From the NCBI GenBank assembly GCA_036556805.1, contig DATBIS010000005.1:7782-71781 (forward strand): DNA of 64,000 nucleotides. Reading direction: 5' to 3'. The notes below the pieces were generated by a model. That model was not told the DNA's origin, ran no database searches, and was given only the letters and a program-made list of their open reading frames with translations. The position numbers were made by a program, and so were the translations under genes. Numbering within the stretch: the first letter of the stretch is position 1; each line of letters begins with the position of its first letter. The stretch comes from Actinomycetota bacterium (GTDB lineage Bacteria; Actinomycetota; UBA4738; HRBIN12). Positions 37,900 to 45,630 of this stretch are shown here, piece by piece.

Positions 37900-39951
37900 A
37901 TGAAGCGAGAGATGCGCTTCCTCGGGCTGGCCTCGGCTCGGTTGCGCCGGGCCGGCTACCTTCGGAAGTGGCTCGTCCTCGGCGTCCTCATCGGCATCGT
38001 CGCGGGCTTCGGAGCGATCGCGTTCAGCGCGGCGCTCCGCTGGGCCACGCACCTGCTGCTGGGCGTCATCGGCGGCTACACGCCTCCGGCCCCGGCCGGC
38101 GAAGGCGCGACGTTGGGCTCGGGCTCCCACTTCACGCGGCCGTGGGCGATCCCATTCGTGGTGGGGCTCGGCGGCCTGGTCTCCGGCATCCTTGTCTTCG
38201 GCTTCGCGCCAGAGGCCGAAGGTCACGGGACGGACGCGGCCGTCGGTGCCGTCCATCACGGCCCGAAAGGCATCCGCGGTCGGGTCTCCTTCGTGAAGAT
38301 CCTGGCCTCCGCCATCACGATCGGCTCGGGTGGTTCCGGAGGGCGAGAGGGGCCCACCGCTCAAATCAGCGCGGGTTTCGGCTCGATGCTCGGCCGCTGG
38401 CTCGATCTCACGCCGTCCGATGCGAGGATCGCGGTGACGGTCGGCATCGGCTCGGGGATCGGGGCCATCTTCCGCGCACCGCTCGGCGGGGCGGTGCTCG
38501 GGGCTGAGGTGCTCTACCGCGAGGACGTGGAGGCCGATGCCCTCATTCCGTCGCTGATCGCCTCGATCGTCGGCTTTGCCGTGTTCGGCGCGGCGGAAGG
38601 CTTCTCCCCGATCTTCGGCACGACCGGATATCACTTCCACCAACCGGCCGAGCTCATCTACTACGCGGTGATCGGCGTGACGGGCGGGCTCCTCGGCCGC
38701 TTGTACGCGAGGTCCTTCTACGGCCTCGCTCACCTGAATCGAAGGGTGCCGGGGAGCCCGCTGATCAAGCCCGCCGTCGCGGGCCTGATGGTCGGCGTCA
38801 TCGCGCTCGTCGTGCCCGAGGTGCTCGCAACCGGCTACGGTTGGGTGCAGGTCGCGATGACCGGGGCGATCCTCACGCTCCCGTTGTGGGTGGTGATCGC
38901 GCTGCCGTTCGCGAAGATCCTGGCGACCTCGCTGTCCATCGGATCGGGCGGATCCGGCGGCATCTTCGGGCCGGGGATGGTGATCGGTGGATTCCTCGGG
39001 GCCGCCGTCTGGAGGCTTGCGCACGACCTTCCCGCCGTGCCCCATTCGCCCGCTCCGTTCGTCGTCGTCGGCATGATCGCTTGCTTCGGCAGCATCGCGC
39101 ACGCGCCGCTCGCCGTGATGCTCATGGTGGCCGAGATGACGGGGACCCTCGAGATGTTGGCGCCCGCCATGGTTGCCGTCGGTCTGGCGTCGGTGGTGGT
39201 TGGGGACGCGACGATCTACGAGAGCCAGCTTCGCAACCGAACCGAGTCTCCGGCGCACCGTTTCCGGTTCGGCCTGCCGCTGCTGGCTTCCCTTCCGGTC
39301 ACGGAGGCCATGCGTCCGCCCCGCCTCGTGCTCGCCCAAGACGTGACGGCGCGGGAGGCCTGCGAGCAGCTCGTCGAGCTCGGCCTTGCGGGAGCGCCGA
39401 TCGGGGACCGGAGCGGCGTCTATCAGGGCTCGGTGGACGTCGATCTCGTCGCGAGCGCCGATCCCGAAGGGCGCGTGGGCTCACTGACCGACGGCCACCA
39501 CTCGTCCGTGCCGGACGATGCCACCCTCGACGCGGTGGTCGAGATCTTCTCCACGGAACACGTGGCCTGGGTGCCGATCCTGGATGCCGAGCGACGCATC
39601 GTCGGCATCGTGAGCACGGCCGACCTGATCGGAGCCTACCGACACTCGCTCGCCGCGAGCCTTCGAAGCCTCCGCTCGATCTTCTCCGGATCCATCCTCG
39701 TCGAGGGAGAGGTTCGATCCGGCTCCGAGGCCGTGGATCGAACGATCGCCGACGCAGGATGGCCTCCTGGCACGGTCGTGGTCGCGATCCAGCGTGGCGA
39801 GCAGCTGATCTTCCCCGAGCCGACCACGACGATCCGGGAGGACGACGTCCTCAGCGCGCTCGTGCCGAGCTCGGCGGAGCAACGGCTTCGCCGCGCTCTT
39901 GGAGCCGAGTCGGAACCGGACGAGGGCGCGATGGACGTGCCGATGGTCTGA
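37900..39951 (+). CDS. ClC-family chloride channel/antiporter with C-terminal CBS pair and TrkA-C (RCK_C) domain
   Basis: GSGGSGGREGP and GIFGPG selectivity motifs. CBS-like and TrkA-C-like C-terminus. Start chosen where third-position GC rises. ATG 37825 or 37912 are alternatives. Confidence 0.85.
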   Translation: MKREMRFLGLASARLRRAGYLRKWLVLGVLIGIVAGFGAIAFSAALRWATHLLLGVIGGYTPPAPAGEGATLGSGSHFTRPWAIPFVVGLGGLVSGILVFGFAPEAEGHGTDAAVGAVHHGPKGIRGRVSFVKILASAITIGSGGSGGREGPTAQISAGFGSMLGRWLDLTPSDARIAVTVGIGSGIGAIFRAPLGGAVLGAEVLYREDVEADALIPSLIASIVGFAVFGAAEGFSPIFGTTGYHFHQPAELIYYAVIGVTGGLLGRLYARSFYGLAHLNRRVPGSPLIKPAVAGLMVGVIALVVPEVLATGYGWVQVAMTGAILTLPLWVVIALPFAKILATSLSIGSGGSGGIFGPGMVIGGFLGAAVWRLAHDLPAVPHSPAPFVVVGMIACFGSIAHAPLAVMLMVAEMTGTLEMLAPAMVAVGLASVVVGDATIYESQLRNRTESPAHRFRFGLPLLASLPVTEAMRPPRLVLAQDVTAREACEQLVELGLAGAPIGDRSGVYQGSVDVDLVASADPEGRVGSLTDGHHSSVPDDATLDAVVEIFSTEHVAWVPILDAERRIVGIVSTADLIGAYRHSLAASLRSLRSIFSGSILVEGEVRSGSEAVDRTIADAGWPPGTVVVAIQRGEQLIFPEPTTTIREDDVLSALVPSSAEQRLRRALGAESEPDEGAMDVPMV

Positions 39952-40147
39952 CCTGGCGAAACGAGAAGAGCGTGAGCACGCCTCGGGTGATCGAGGCGGC
40001 CGCGGCGGTCACATGAAACTCCCCCTCGAAACACGGTGATGTGGAGGCGCTCGCCCGACGGTGGGCATGCACGCCGTGCTGACACGCGTTGACCGAAGCG
40101 ATGGGCGATGTCATCGTCCCCGGGGAGTCGATCTGGCACGGGCAGGG

Positions 40148-41515
40148 ATGATCATGACCGGATTCGATAGTGACCTGGTTCTGCCCGCTGACCCCGCCTA
40201 TCACGAGCTACGCAAGAGCTGGAACTCCATGATCGACCGGCGACCCGCGGCGATCGCGCGGTGTCGACAGGTATCCGACGTCGTTGGGGCGCTCAAGCAC
40301 GCCGGTCAAGAGGGGCTGGAGGTGGCGGTCCGGGGAGGTGGCCACAGCGTGTCCGGCCTCTCGTCGACCGACGGCGGGATCCAGATCGATCTCCGCCCGA
40401 TGAATCGGATCGAGGTCGATCCCGCAGCCAGGCGCGCGCGCGTGCAGGGCGGAGCGCTCATCCGCGACCTGGATCGCGAGACCCATGCATTCGGTCTTGC
40501 GACGACCGGGGGCCTCGTCTCGCACACCGGGGTCGGCGGACTGACCCTGGGTGGTGGCTACGGGGCGCTCGCACGAAGCCACGGGCTCGCGTGCGACAAC
40601 CTCGTCGCCGTGGAGATCGTCACGGCCGAGGGCAGGGTAGTGCGAAGCACGGAGAGCGAAGTTCCGGAGCTGCTTTGGGGTCTCCGCGGTGGCGGCGGCA
40701 ACTTCGGGATCGTCACGGAGTTCGAGTTCCGACTCCACCCCGTGGAGTGGATCGTGTCGGGTTCGATGGAGTTCGACATCGATCGCGGAGCGCAGCTGTT
40801 CCGCGCCTACCGCGATGTCGCGGCCGACGCAGATCGTCGGTACCTGAGCGCCTTCGATTTCAGCGGAGGTCGCGCCGCGCGTCCCGGCTCCGGTGAGCCC
40901 GCGCTCTCTCCACCTGCCGTCGGGTTGTGGTACACGTTCGTTGGCTCGGATCTCGAGGCGGGTGCCGCGTTCGCCGATGCGCTCCGCAAGGTTGCCAAGC
41001 CCCTTCAGGAGGATGCCGAGGTGAAGGCATATCCTTCCATGCAGGCTGAAGGCGACGAAGGCTCGATGAGACCGGGCCGTCGCCAGTACTGGAAGGCCTC
41101 CCTGCTCCGGGAGCTCTCCGATGCGATGATCGATGCGTTCTTCGAGCGAGGGGAGCGACTCGTGGGCACGCCATGCTGGCAAGAGGTCGTTTCCCTCGGG
41201 GGCGCCATCTCGGACATCGGTGAAGGCGACACCGCCTACAGCAACCGCGACGCCGCCTTCGACCTCATCGTCGGTGCCTCGTGGGACGACCCAGAGGAGG
41301 ACCAGCTCTCCATGTCGCTCTGCCGGGAGACCTGGCGGCTGATGACGCCATTCTCGAGTGGCGTGTACGTCAACAACCTGGGAGAGGATGCTCAAGAGCG
41401 GGTCGCTGAGGCCTACGGTGCGAGCAAGCTTGCGCGGCTCGTGACCCTGAAGGACCGGTGGGATCCCACCAACGTGTTCCACCTGAACGCCAACATCAAG
41501 CCGTCTGCATCCTGA
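40148..41515 (+). CDS. FAD-binding oxidoreductase (FAD_binding_4 plus BBE-like C-terminus)
   Basis: GGGHS motif (VRGGGHSVSG), GLTLGGGYG, and C-terminal DPTNVFHLNANI (BBE domain). Confidence 0.85.
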   Translation: MIMTGFDSDLVLPADPAYHELRKSWNSMIDRRPAAIARCRQVSDVVGALKHAGQEGLEVAVRGGGHSVSGLSSTDGGIQIDLRPMNRIEVDPAARRARVQGGALIRDLDRETHAFGLATTGGLVSHTGVGGLTLGGGYGALARSHGLACDNLVAVEIVTAEGRVVRSTESEVPELLWGLRGGGGNFGIVTEFEFRLHPVEWIVSGSMEFDIDRGAQLFRAYRDVAADADRRYLSAFDFSGGRAARPGSGEPALSPPAVGLWYTFVGSDLEAGAAFADALRKVAKPLQEDAEVKAYPSMQAEGDEGSMRPGRRQYWKASLLRELSDAMIDAFFERGERLVGTPCWQEVVSLGGAISDIGEGDTAYSNRDAAFDLIVGASWDDPEEDQLSMSLCRETWRLMTPFSSGVYVNNLGEDAQERVAEAYGASKLARLVTLKDRWDPTNVFHLNANIKPSAS

Positions 41516-41610
41516 CCCCGATCTCCGACGGATTCGCTCGCCTTGACGCGGTGAGGCTGCGGAGAGGGGATGTGGAGGTCGGGCCCCCTCGAACCCTCGC
41601 CGATTTCACC

Positions 41611-41706
41611 AGCGGAGGCGGACGGGAATCGAACCCGCCTGGGAGCTCTCGCCCCCACTACGGTTTTGAAGACCGCGGGGCCCACCAGGAACCCTGACGC
41701 CTCCGC
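41611..41706 (-). tRNA. selC: tRNA-Sec (anticodon UCA)
   Basis: Minus-strand sequence GCGGAGGCG...CGCCTCCGC forms an 8-9 bp acceptor stem. Anticodon loop is CUUCAAA on a GCGGU/ACCGU stem. Long extra arm (about 20 nt), T-loop GGGTTCGATTCCC, about 96 nt, no encoded CCA. Exact ends +/-2 nt. Confidence 0.75.
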
Positions 41707-41819
41707 AGCCGAGCATACTCGCGACCCTTAGCCGCCCCTTTACGAAGGGTTGGACGAGCGCTGAGGGCGCCCTCCGCAGACTGCGCGTAGTACGAGCAGT
41801 CGAGAGAAGGAGGGGAGCC

Positions 41820-42209
41820 ATGGTGGGAAGGACGGTTCGGACGATGCTTGCCGGGCTCGTGGTGCTCGCGGCGTTCTCGCTGGCGCCGACCGCGTCGGCG
41901 AAGGCCGCCGACGTGATCAAGGAGGGGTCCTGCAGCGACTCGAGCGACTGGAAGCTCAAGCTGAAGACCGAGGACACCGGGATTGAGGTTGAGTTCGAGG
42001 TGGACTCGAACGTCAACGGCCAGACCTGGAAGGTGAAGATCTTCGAGAACGGCGAAAGGATCTTCAACAAGAACCGCACGACCAAGGCGCCGAGCGGATC
42101 CTTCGAGGTGAAGATCACGGCCGACGACAGGCCGGGCGTCGATCACTTCCGAGGTCGGGCCAAGAACCCCGACACGGGCGAGCTCTGCGTGGGCAAGGCT
42201 CACATCTAG
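41820..42209 (+). CDS. Small secreted beta-rich protein, two Cys, unknown function
   Basis: ATG follows GAAGGAGGGGAG. Signal peptide ending ASA-KA. Visibly lower GC than neighbours. Confidence 0.75.
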   Translation: MVGRTVRTMLAGLVVLAAFSLAPTASAKAADVIKEGSCSDSSDWKLKLKTEDTGIEVEFEVDSNVNGQTWKVKIFENGERIFNKNRTTKAPSGSFEVKITADDRPGVDHFRGRAKNPDTGELCVGKAHI

Positions 42210-42316
42210 GAACAAGCACGGTGGGAAGCCCCGGGCCGAAGGCCCGGGGCTTCCCGGTGCCCGGCCCGATCATGCCGGTCGGGAGTACGCTCCCGGGACG
42301 AGCCGGGAGGTGGCGG

Positions 42317-42754
42317 ATGAAGGTCGAACGGACCATCTCGATCGAGCGACCCCCAAGTGAGGTCTTCGATCTCATCTCGGACGTTCGCAACGACCCCAAG
42401 TGGCACACCGACGTCCTGGAGGTGCGATCGTCGACCGGGACCGTCGGCGAGGGGACCGTCTTCCAGGTGAAGGTCAAGCCCTCGATGGGAGTCTCTCGCG
42501 GCACGATGACGGTTGCCCGGTTCGAGCCGGGGCACCTCGTCGAGTTCAGCGGCCGGATGGGGAAGATGTCGCCGACGGTGACGACCATCTGCGAACCCGA
42601 GGGAACGGGCACCCGCGTCACGCGCCGCGTCGAGATGGTGCCGCCCGGAGTCATGCGGATCATGAGTCCGCTCATGAGCCGGATGATCGGCAAGTCGAAC
42701 GAGGGGTTCCTCGTGAATCTGAAGCGGCTCCTCGAGGGTTCGAACGCCGACTAG
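42317..42754 (+). CDS. SRPBCC-superfamily (polyketide cyclase/dehydrase-like) protein
   Basis: N-terminal ISIERPPSEVFDLISDVRNDPKWH block typical of the SRPBCC/START-like fold. ATG 42317 follows GGGAGG. Confidence 0.75.
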   Translation: MKVERTISIERPPSEVFDLISDVRNDPKWHTDVLEVRSSTGTVGEGTVFQVKVKPSMGVSRGTMTVARFEPGHLVEFSGRMGKMSPTVTTICEPEGTGTRVTRRVEMVPPGVMRIMSPLMSRMIGKSNEGFLVNLKRLLEGSNAD

Positions 42755-42770
42755 TCCATGATGGACTAGT
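42750..42770. promoter_or_regulatory. Perfect 21-bp palindrome ACTAGTCCAT-G-ATGGACTAGT, probable PadR operator
   Basis: 10-1-10 palindrome 22 nt upstream of the PadR GTG. It overlaps the TAG stop of the upstream SRPBCC gene. Confidence 0.6.
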
Positions 42771-42792
42771 ATCCCCGTCGACGGGAGGGGAC

Positions 42793-43341
42793 GTGGCGTC
42801 GAAGGTCGAGGTCGTGGTGCTGGGTCTGCTGGAGGAGGGGGGGCCCGCGCACGGCTACGCGCTGCTCGAGCGATTGCGCGACCGGTCGATGGGCTTCTGG
42901 GTCGAGGTGGGGAAGGCCTCGGTGTATCAGTCCCTCCGACGTCTGGAGCGCGAGGGATTCGTGACCGGGCGCGAGCAGGACGGTGAAGTCGGCCCCGACC
43001 GGCGCGTGTTCCGGATCACGGGTTCCGGGAGGAAGCGTCTCCGCGACGCCGCGACGGAGCTCGCGGGGGACCGCGCACTCTCGGACACGACGGCGGGCGC
43101 CGCGCTCGGGGTCGCGAACGCCCTCCCCGTCGGAGGACGACGCCGGCTCGCCGAGGCGCGCGAGCAAGCGCTCCGGGACCTCCTCGACGCCGTCGGGGCC
43201 GAGCGGGACCGGCTCGCGAGCGAACCCGAGTCGGCGAGCGGCACCGCCGACGCGATGCTGGCGCGCGAACAGGCGCTCGCGGAGGCCGAGCTCGTGTGGC
43301 TGCGCGCGTTCCGCCGTTCGATCGGAAACGCCACGCCCTAA
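42793..43341 (+). CDS. PadR-family transcriptional regulator
   Basis: wHTH block (VVLGLLEEGGPAHGYALLERL...SVYQSLRRLEREGFV). GTG 42793 follows GGGAGGGG. Confidence 0.85.
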   Translation: MASKVEVVVLGLLEEGGPAHGYALLERLRDRSMGFWVEVGKASVYQSLRRLEREGFVTGREQDGEVGPDRRVFRITGSGRKRLRDAATELAGDRALSDTTAGAALGVANALPVGGRRRLAEAREQALRDLLDAVGAERDRLASEPESASGTADAMLAREQALAEAELVWLRAFRRSIGNATP

Positions 43342-43377
43342 GGCTTCGGCGTCGGCCTGCCGTTCTACGATGGGACG

Positions 43378-44181
43378 ATGATGGAAGCGGCCTTCTTCGA
43401 TCTCGACAAGACGATCATCTCGCGGTCGTCGTCGCTCGCGCTCTCGCGGCCGATGTACCGGGCCGGCCTCGTCTCGCGCGGACAGCTGCTGCGCGGCGCG
43501 TACGCGCAGATGGTGTACCTCCTCGTCGGGGCCGACGAGAAGAAGATGGAGCGCCTCAAGGAAGGCATGCTCGCGCTCACGAAGGGATGGGATCGCGTGC
43601 AGGTCGAGGAGCTCGTGCGCGACGTGATCCTCGAGGTCATCGACCCGTACGTCTACCAGGAGGCCCTCGACCTGATGGAGCTCCATCGCAGCGAGGGCCG
43701 CAGGATCTACATCGTCTCGAGCTCGCCCGAAGAGGTCGTGCGCCCGCTCGCGGCGCACTTCGGCGTCTCGGGCGTCATCGCCACGCGCGCCGAGGTGGAC
43801 GAGACCGGCCGCTACACCGGCGAGCTCGACTTCTACTGCTACGGCGAGCAGAAGGCCGAGGCCGTTCGCGAGCTCGCCGAGCGCGTCGGGATCGACCTCG
43901 ACCGATCGTACGCGTACACGGACTCGATCACCGACCTGCCGCTGCTGGAGGCCGTCGGCAACCCCATCGCGGTGAACCCCGATCGCGAGCTTCGGCGCGC
44001 GGCGGAGGAGCGCGACTGGCCCGTGCGCGACTTCCACCGGCCCGTCCGGCTCCGGACCCGCATCGCCGACGCCGTGCCGAAGTCCACGCTGTCGGTCGCC
44101 GCGGGACTCGGCGCGGCGGCGATCGCGGCGATCCTGCTCTGGGTGGTGCTCCGCTCCAAGGCCTCCGGCCGTCGCGCCTGA
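43378..44181 (+). CDS. HAD-IB family hydrolase (SerB-like) with C-terminal TM anchor
   Basis: DLDKT motif I (FFDLDKTI), VSSSP motif II, and YTDSITDLPLL motif IV. TACGAT ends 6 nt upstream of the ATG. Confidence 0.85.
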   Translation: MMEAAFFDLDKTIISRSSSLALSRPMYRAGLVSRGQLLRGAYAQMVYLLVGADEKKMERLKEGMLALTKGWDRVQVEELVRDVILEVIDPYVYQEALDLMELHRSEGRRIYIVSSSPEEVVRPLAAHFGVSGVIATRAEVDETGRYTGELDFYCYGEQKAEAVRELAERVGIDLDRSYAYTDSITDLPLLEAVGNPIAVNPDRELRRAAEERDWPVRDFHRPVRLRTRIADAVPKSTLSVAAGLGAAAIAAILLWVVLRSKASGRRA

Positions 44182-44266
44182 CGAGCCGCCGCGTCCTGCT
44201 GCGTTGCGCACCTCCGTCGAACGGGTGTAGGTTCGAGATGGTCGTCTTCGAGCGACCACGAGGGGA

Positions 44267-44329
44267 GCAGAACCCACGCGCGTTCTGCCGCGGGAGGCAT
44301 GCTCAGGCCCCGGGGGCGGTTCGCCGCCC
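44267..44329. terminator. Two hairpins in the convergent gap (GCAGAAC-N8-GTTCTGC; GGGCGG-TTCG-CCGCCC)
   Basis: Inverted repeats seen between the HAD stop (44181) and the M15 peptidase stop (44392). No T-tracts. Confidence 0.35.
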
Positions 44330-44391
44330 GGCGCCCGAGCACGTGCACACGCGCTGCTATCTGCTCCCCTCTTCTTTGTGTCCGATCCGCG

Positions 44392-45630
44392 CTAGGCGGC
44401 GGAGCTCGCAAGAGGTGCCCTGCGGTACTCGAAGTGATTGCCGTCGGGAACGGCGAAGCCCCCGCCCCAGATGAATCCCCACCGCTCGAGCACGCGCACG
44501 AGCCTCGGGTCTTGGTGCGGCGTCGCACCGTAGGGATTCACGTCGGCGTTGCAGTCGAACGCGATGCCCCATGCGTGGTGCGAGATGAGGTTCGTGGGGT
44601 TGCGGTTGACGAACTTCGGCGCGTAACAGCCGTTGTACGCGTGCACCGTGCTCGCGAGCCCCTTCCGTTCGAGCGCCGTCATCGCCCCGCGGAGCTGAGG
44701 GATGAGGCCTCGGTTGCACGTGACCGAGCCGAGGACGGGAACGGTGGCGGTCTCGATGTGCTCCCGAACCCACGCGGGGTCGATCTTCAGGTAGCCGGGC
44801 CGGGCGGGGTCGGGCCGCGCCGCGAACTCGCCGAACAGCGCCTTGATGAGCACGGGCGGGAGCACCGCGTCGCCCTGGCGGAAGTACGGGGTCTCGCCGG
44901 GTGATCGCACCACGACGCGCTGCGTCGCACCGCCTCCCGGCGGCAGGAGGTTCCGGAGTGATCGCCCGATGCGTTTCGAATTCGGCCGATGCGGGCCCGA
45001 AGGGCCGAGCAGTAGGTACCGGTCATGCGTGACGCCGATCCGAGCGCCCGTGTCGCGCGAGACCATCAGCTCGGCGGCACCGACGAGCTCGTCGGGAAGA
45101 ACCGCTCCGATCGTGATGGCCGCGCCTCCTTCGAAACGCATGACGGCCCCGGGCCCAAGGCCGCGGAGCTCCGCGGAGGAGATCCCGAGGATGCCCTCGC
45201 CGCGGCGAAGGGCAGCGATCGCACCTCGGTCTGAGCTCGGAAGGAAGTCGCCGAACGTCTTCGGATCGACCGCTGCTGCGTCGATCGGGATCATGTACGG
45301 AGCCGGAGGGCGGTCGACGACGTCGCCCTCCGCGGAGGCGGAGCCCAGCATCCACACGTTGTCCTCGGCGACGACCGTCACGCGCTCGACGTCGGGCAGC
45401 CCGAGGACGCGATCGCCGAAGCCGGCGGGAATGCCGCTCGGGATCCAGGCGAGGACCGTGGTCGGCCGCGCGGGCGCCGGCACCGCCGGAGGTTCGGCGC
45501 CCTCGCCGGGCGCCGCATGCGTCGGCGCCGCGAGCGGCTCGGCGACGCGACCCTGGATCGCGATCGTCACGGCCGCCCCCACGATCAGGCCGGCGGCGAG
45601 CGCGCCGGCGGTCCTCACGATCGGGCTCAC
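44392..45630 (-). CDS. Membrane-anchored M15-family peptidase (VanY / D-Ala-D-Ala carboxypeptidase-like C-terminal domain)
   Basis: N-terminal TM helix and C-terminal SHHAWGIAFD ... DGNHFEY zinc-ligand pattern. GTG 45630 overlaps the anti-sigma stop (GTGA). Confidence 0.75.
   Translation of the reverse strand: MSPIVRTAGALAAGLIVGAAVTIAIQGRVAEPLAAPTHAAPGEGAEPPAVPAPARPTTVLAWIPSGIPAGFGDRVLGLPDVERVTVVAEDNVWMLGSASAEGDVVDRPPAPYMIPIDAAAVDPKTFGDFLPSSDRGAIAALRRGEGILGISSAELRGLGPGAVMRFEGGAAITIGAVLPDELVGAAELMVSRDTGARIGVTHDRYLLLGPSGPHRPNSKRIGRSLRNLLPPGGGATQRVVVRSPGETPYFRQGDAVLPPVLIKALFGEFAARPDPARPGYLKIDPAWVREHIETATVPVLGSVTCNRGLIPQLRGAMTALERKGLASTVHAYNGCYAPKFVNRNPTNLISHHAWGIAFDCNADVNPYGATPHQDPRLVRVLERWGFIWGGGFAVPDGNHFEYRRAPLASSAA

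Noticed and set aside
44221-44262. tRNA-like T-loop string GGTTCGAGAT in the HAD / M15 convergent gap
   Set aside because: I could not draw an acceptor stem, anticodon arm or D-arm around it. It is more likely part of ordinary hairpins in a terminator region.
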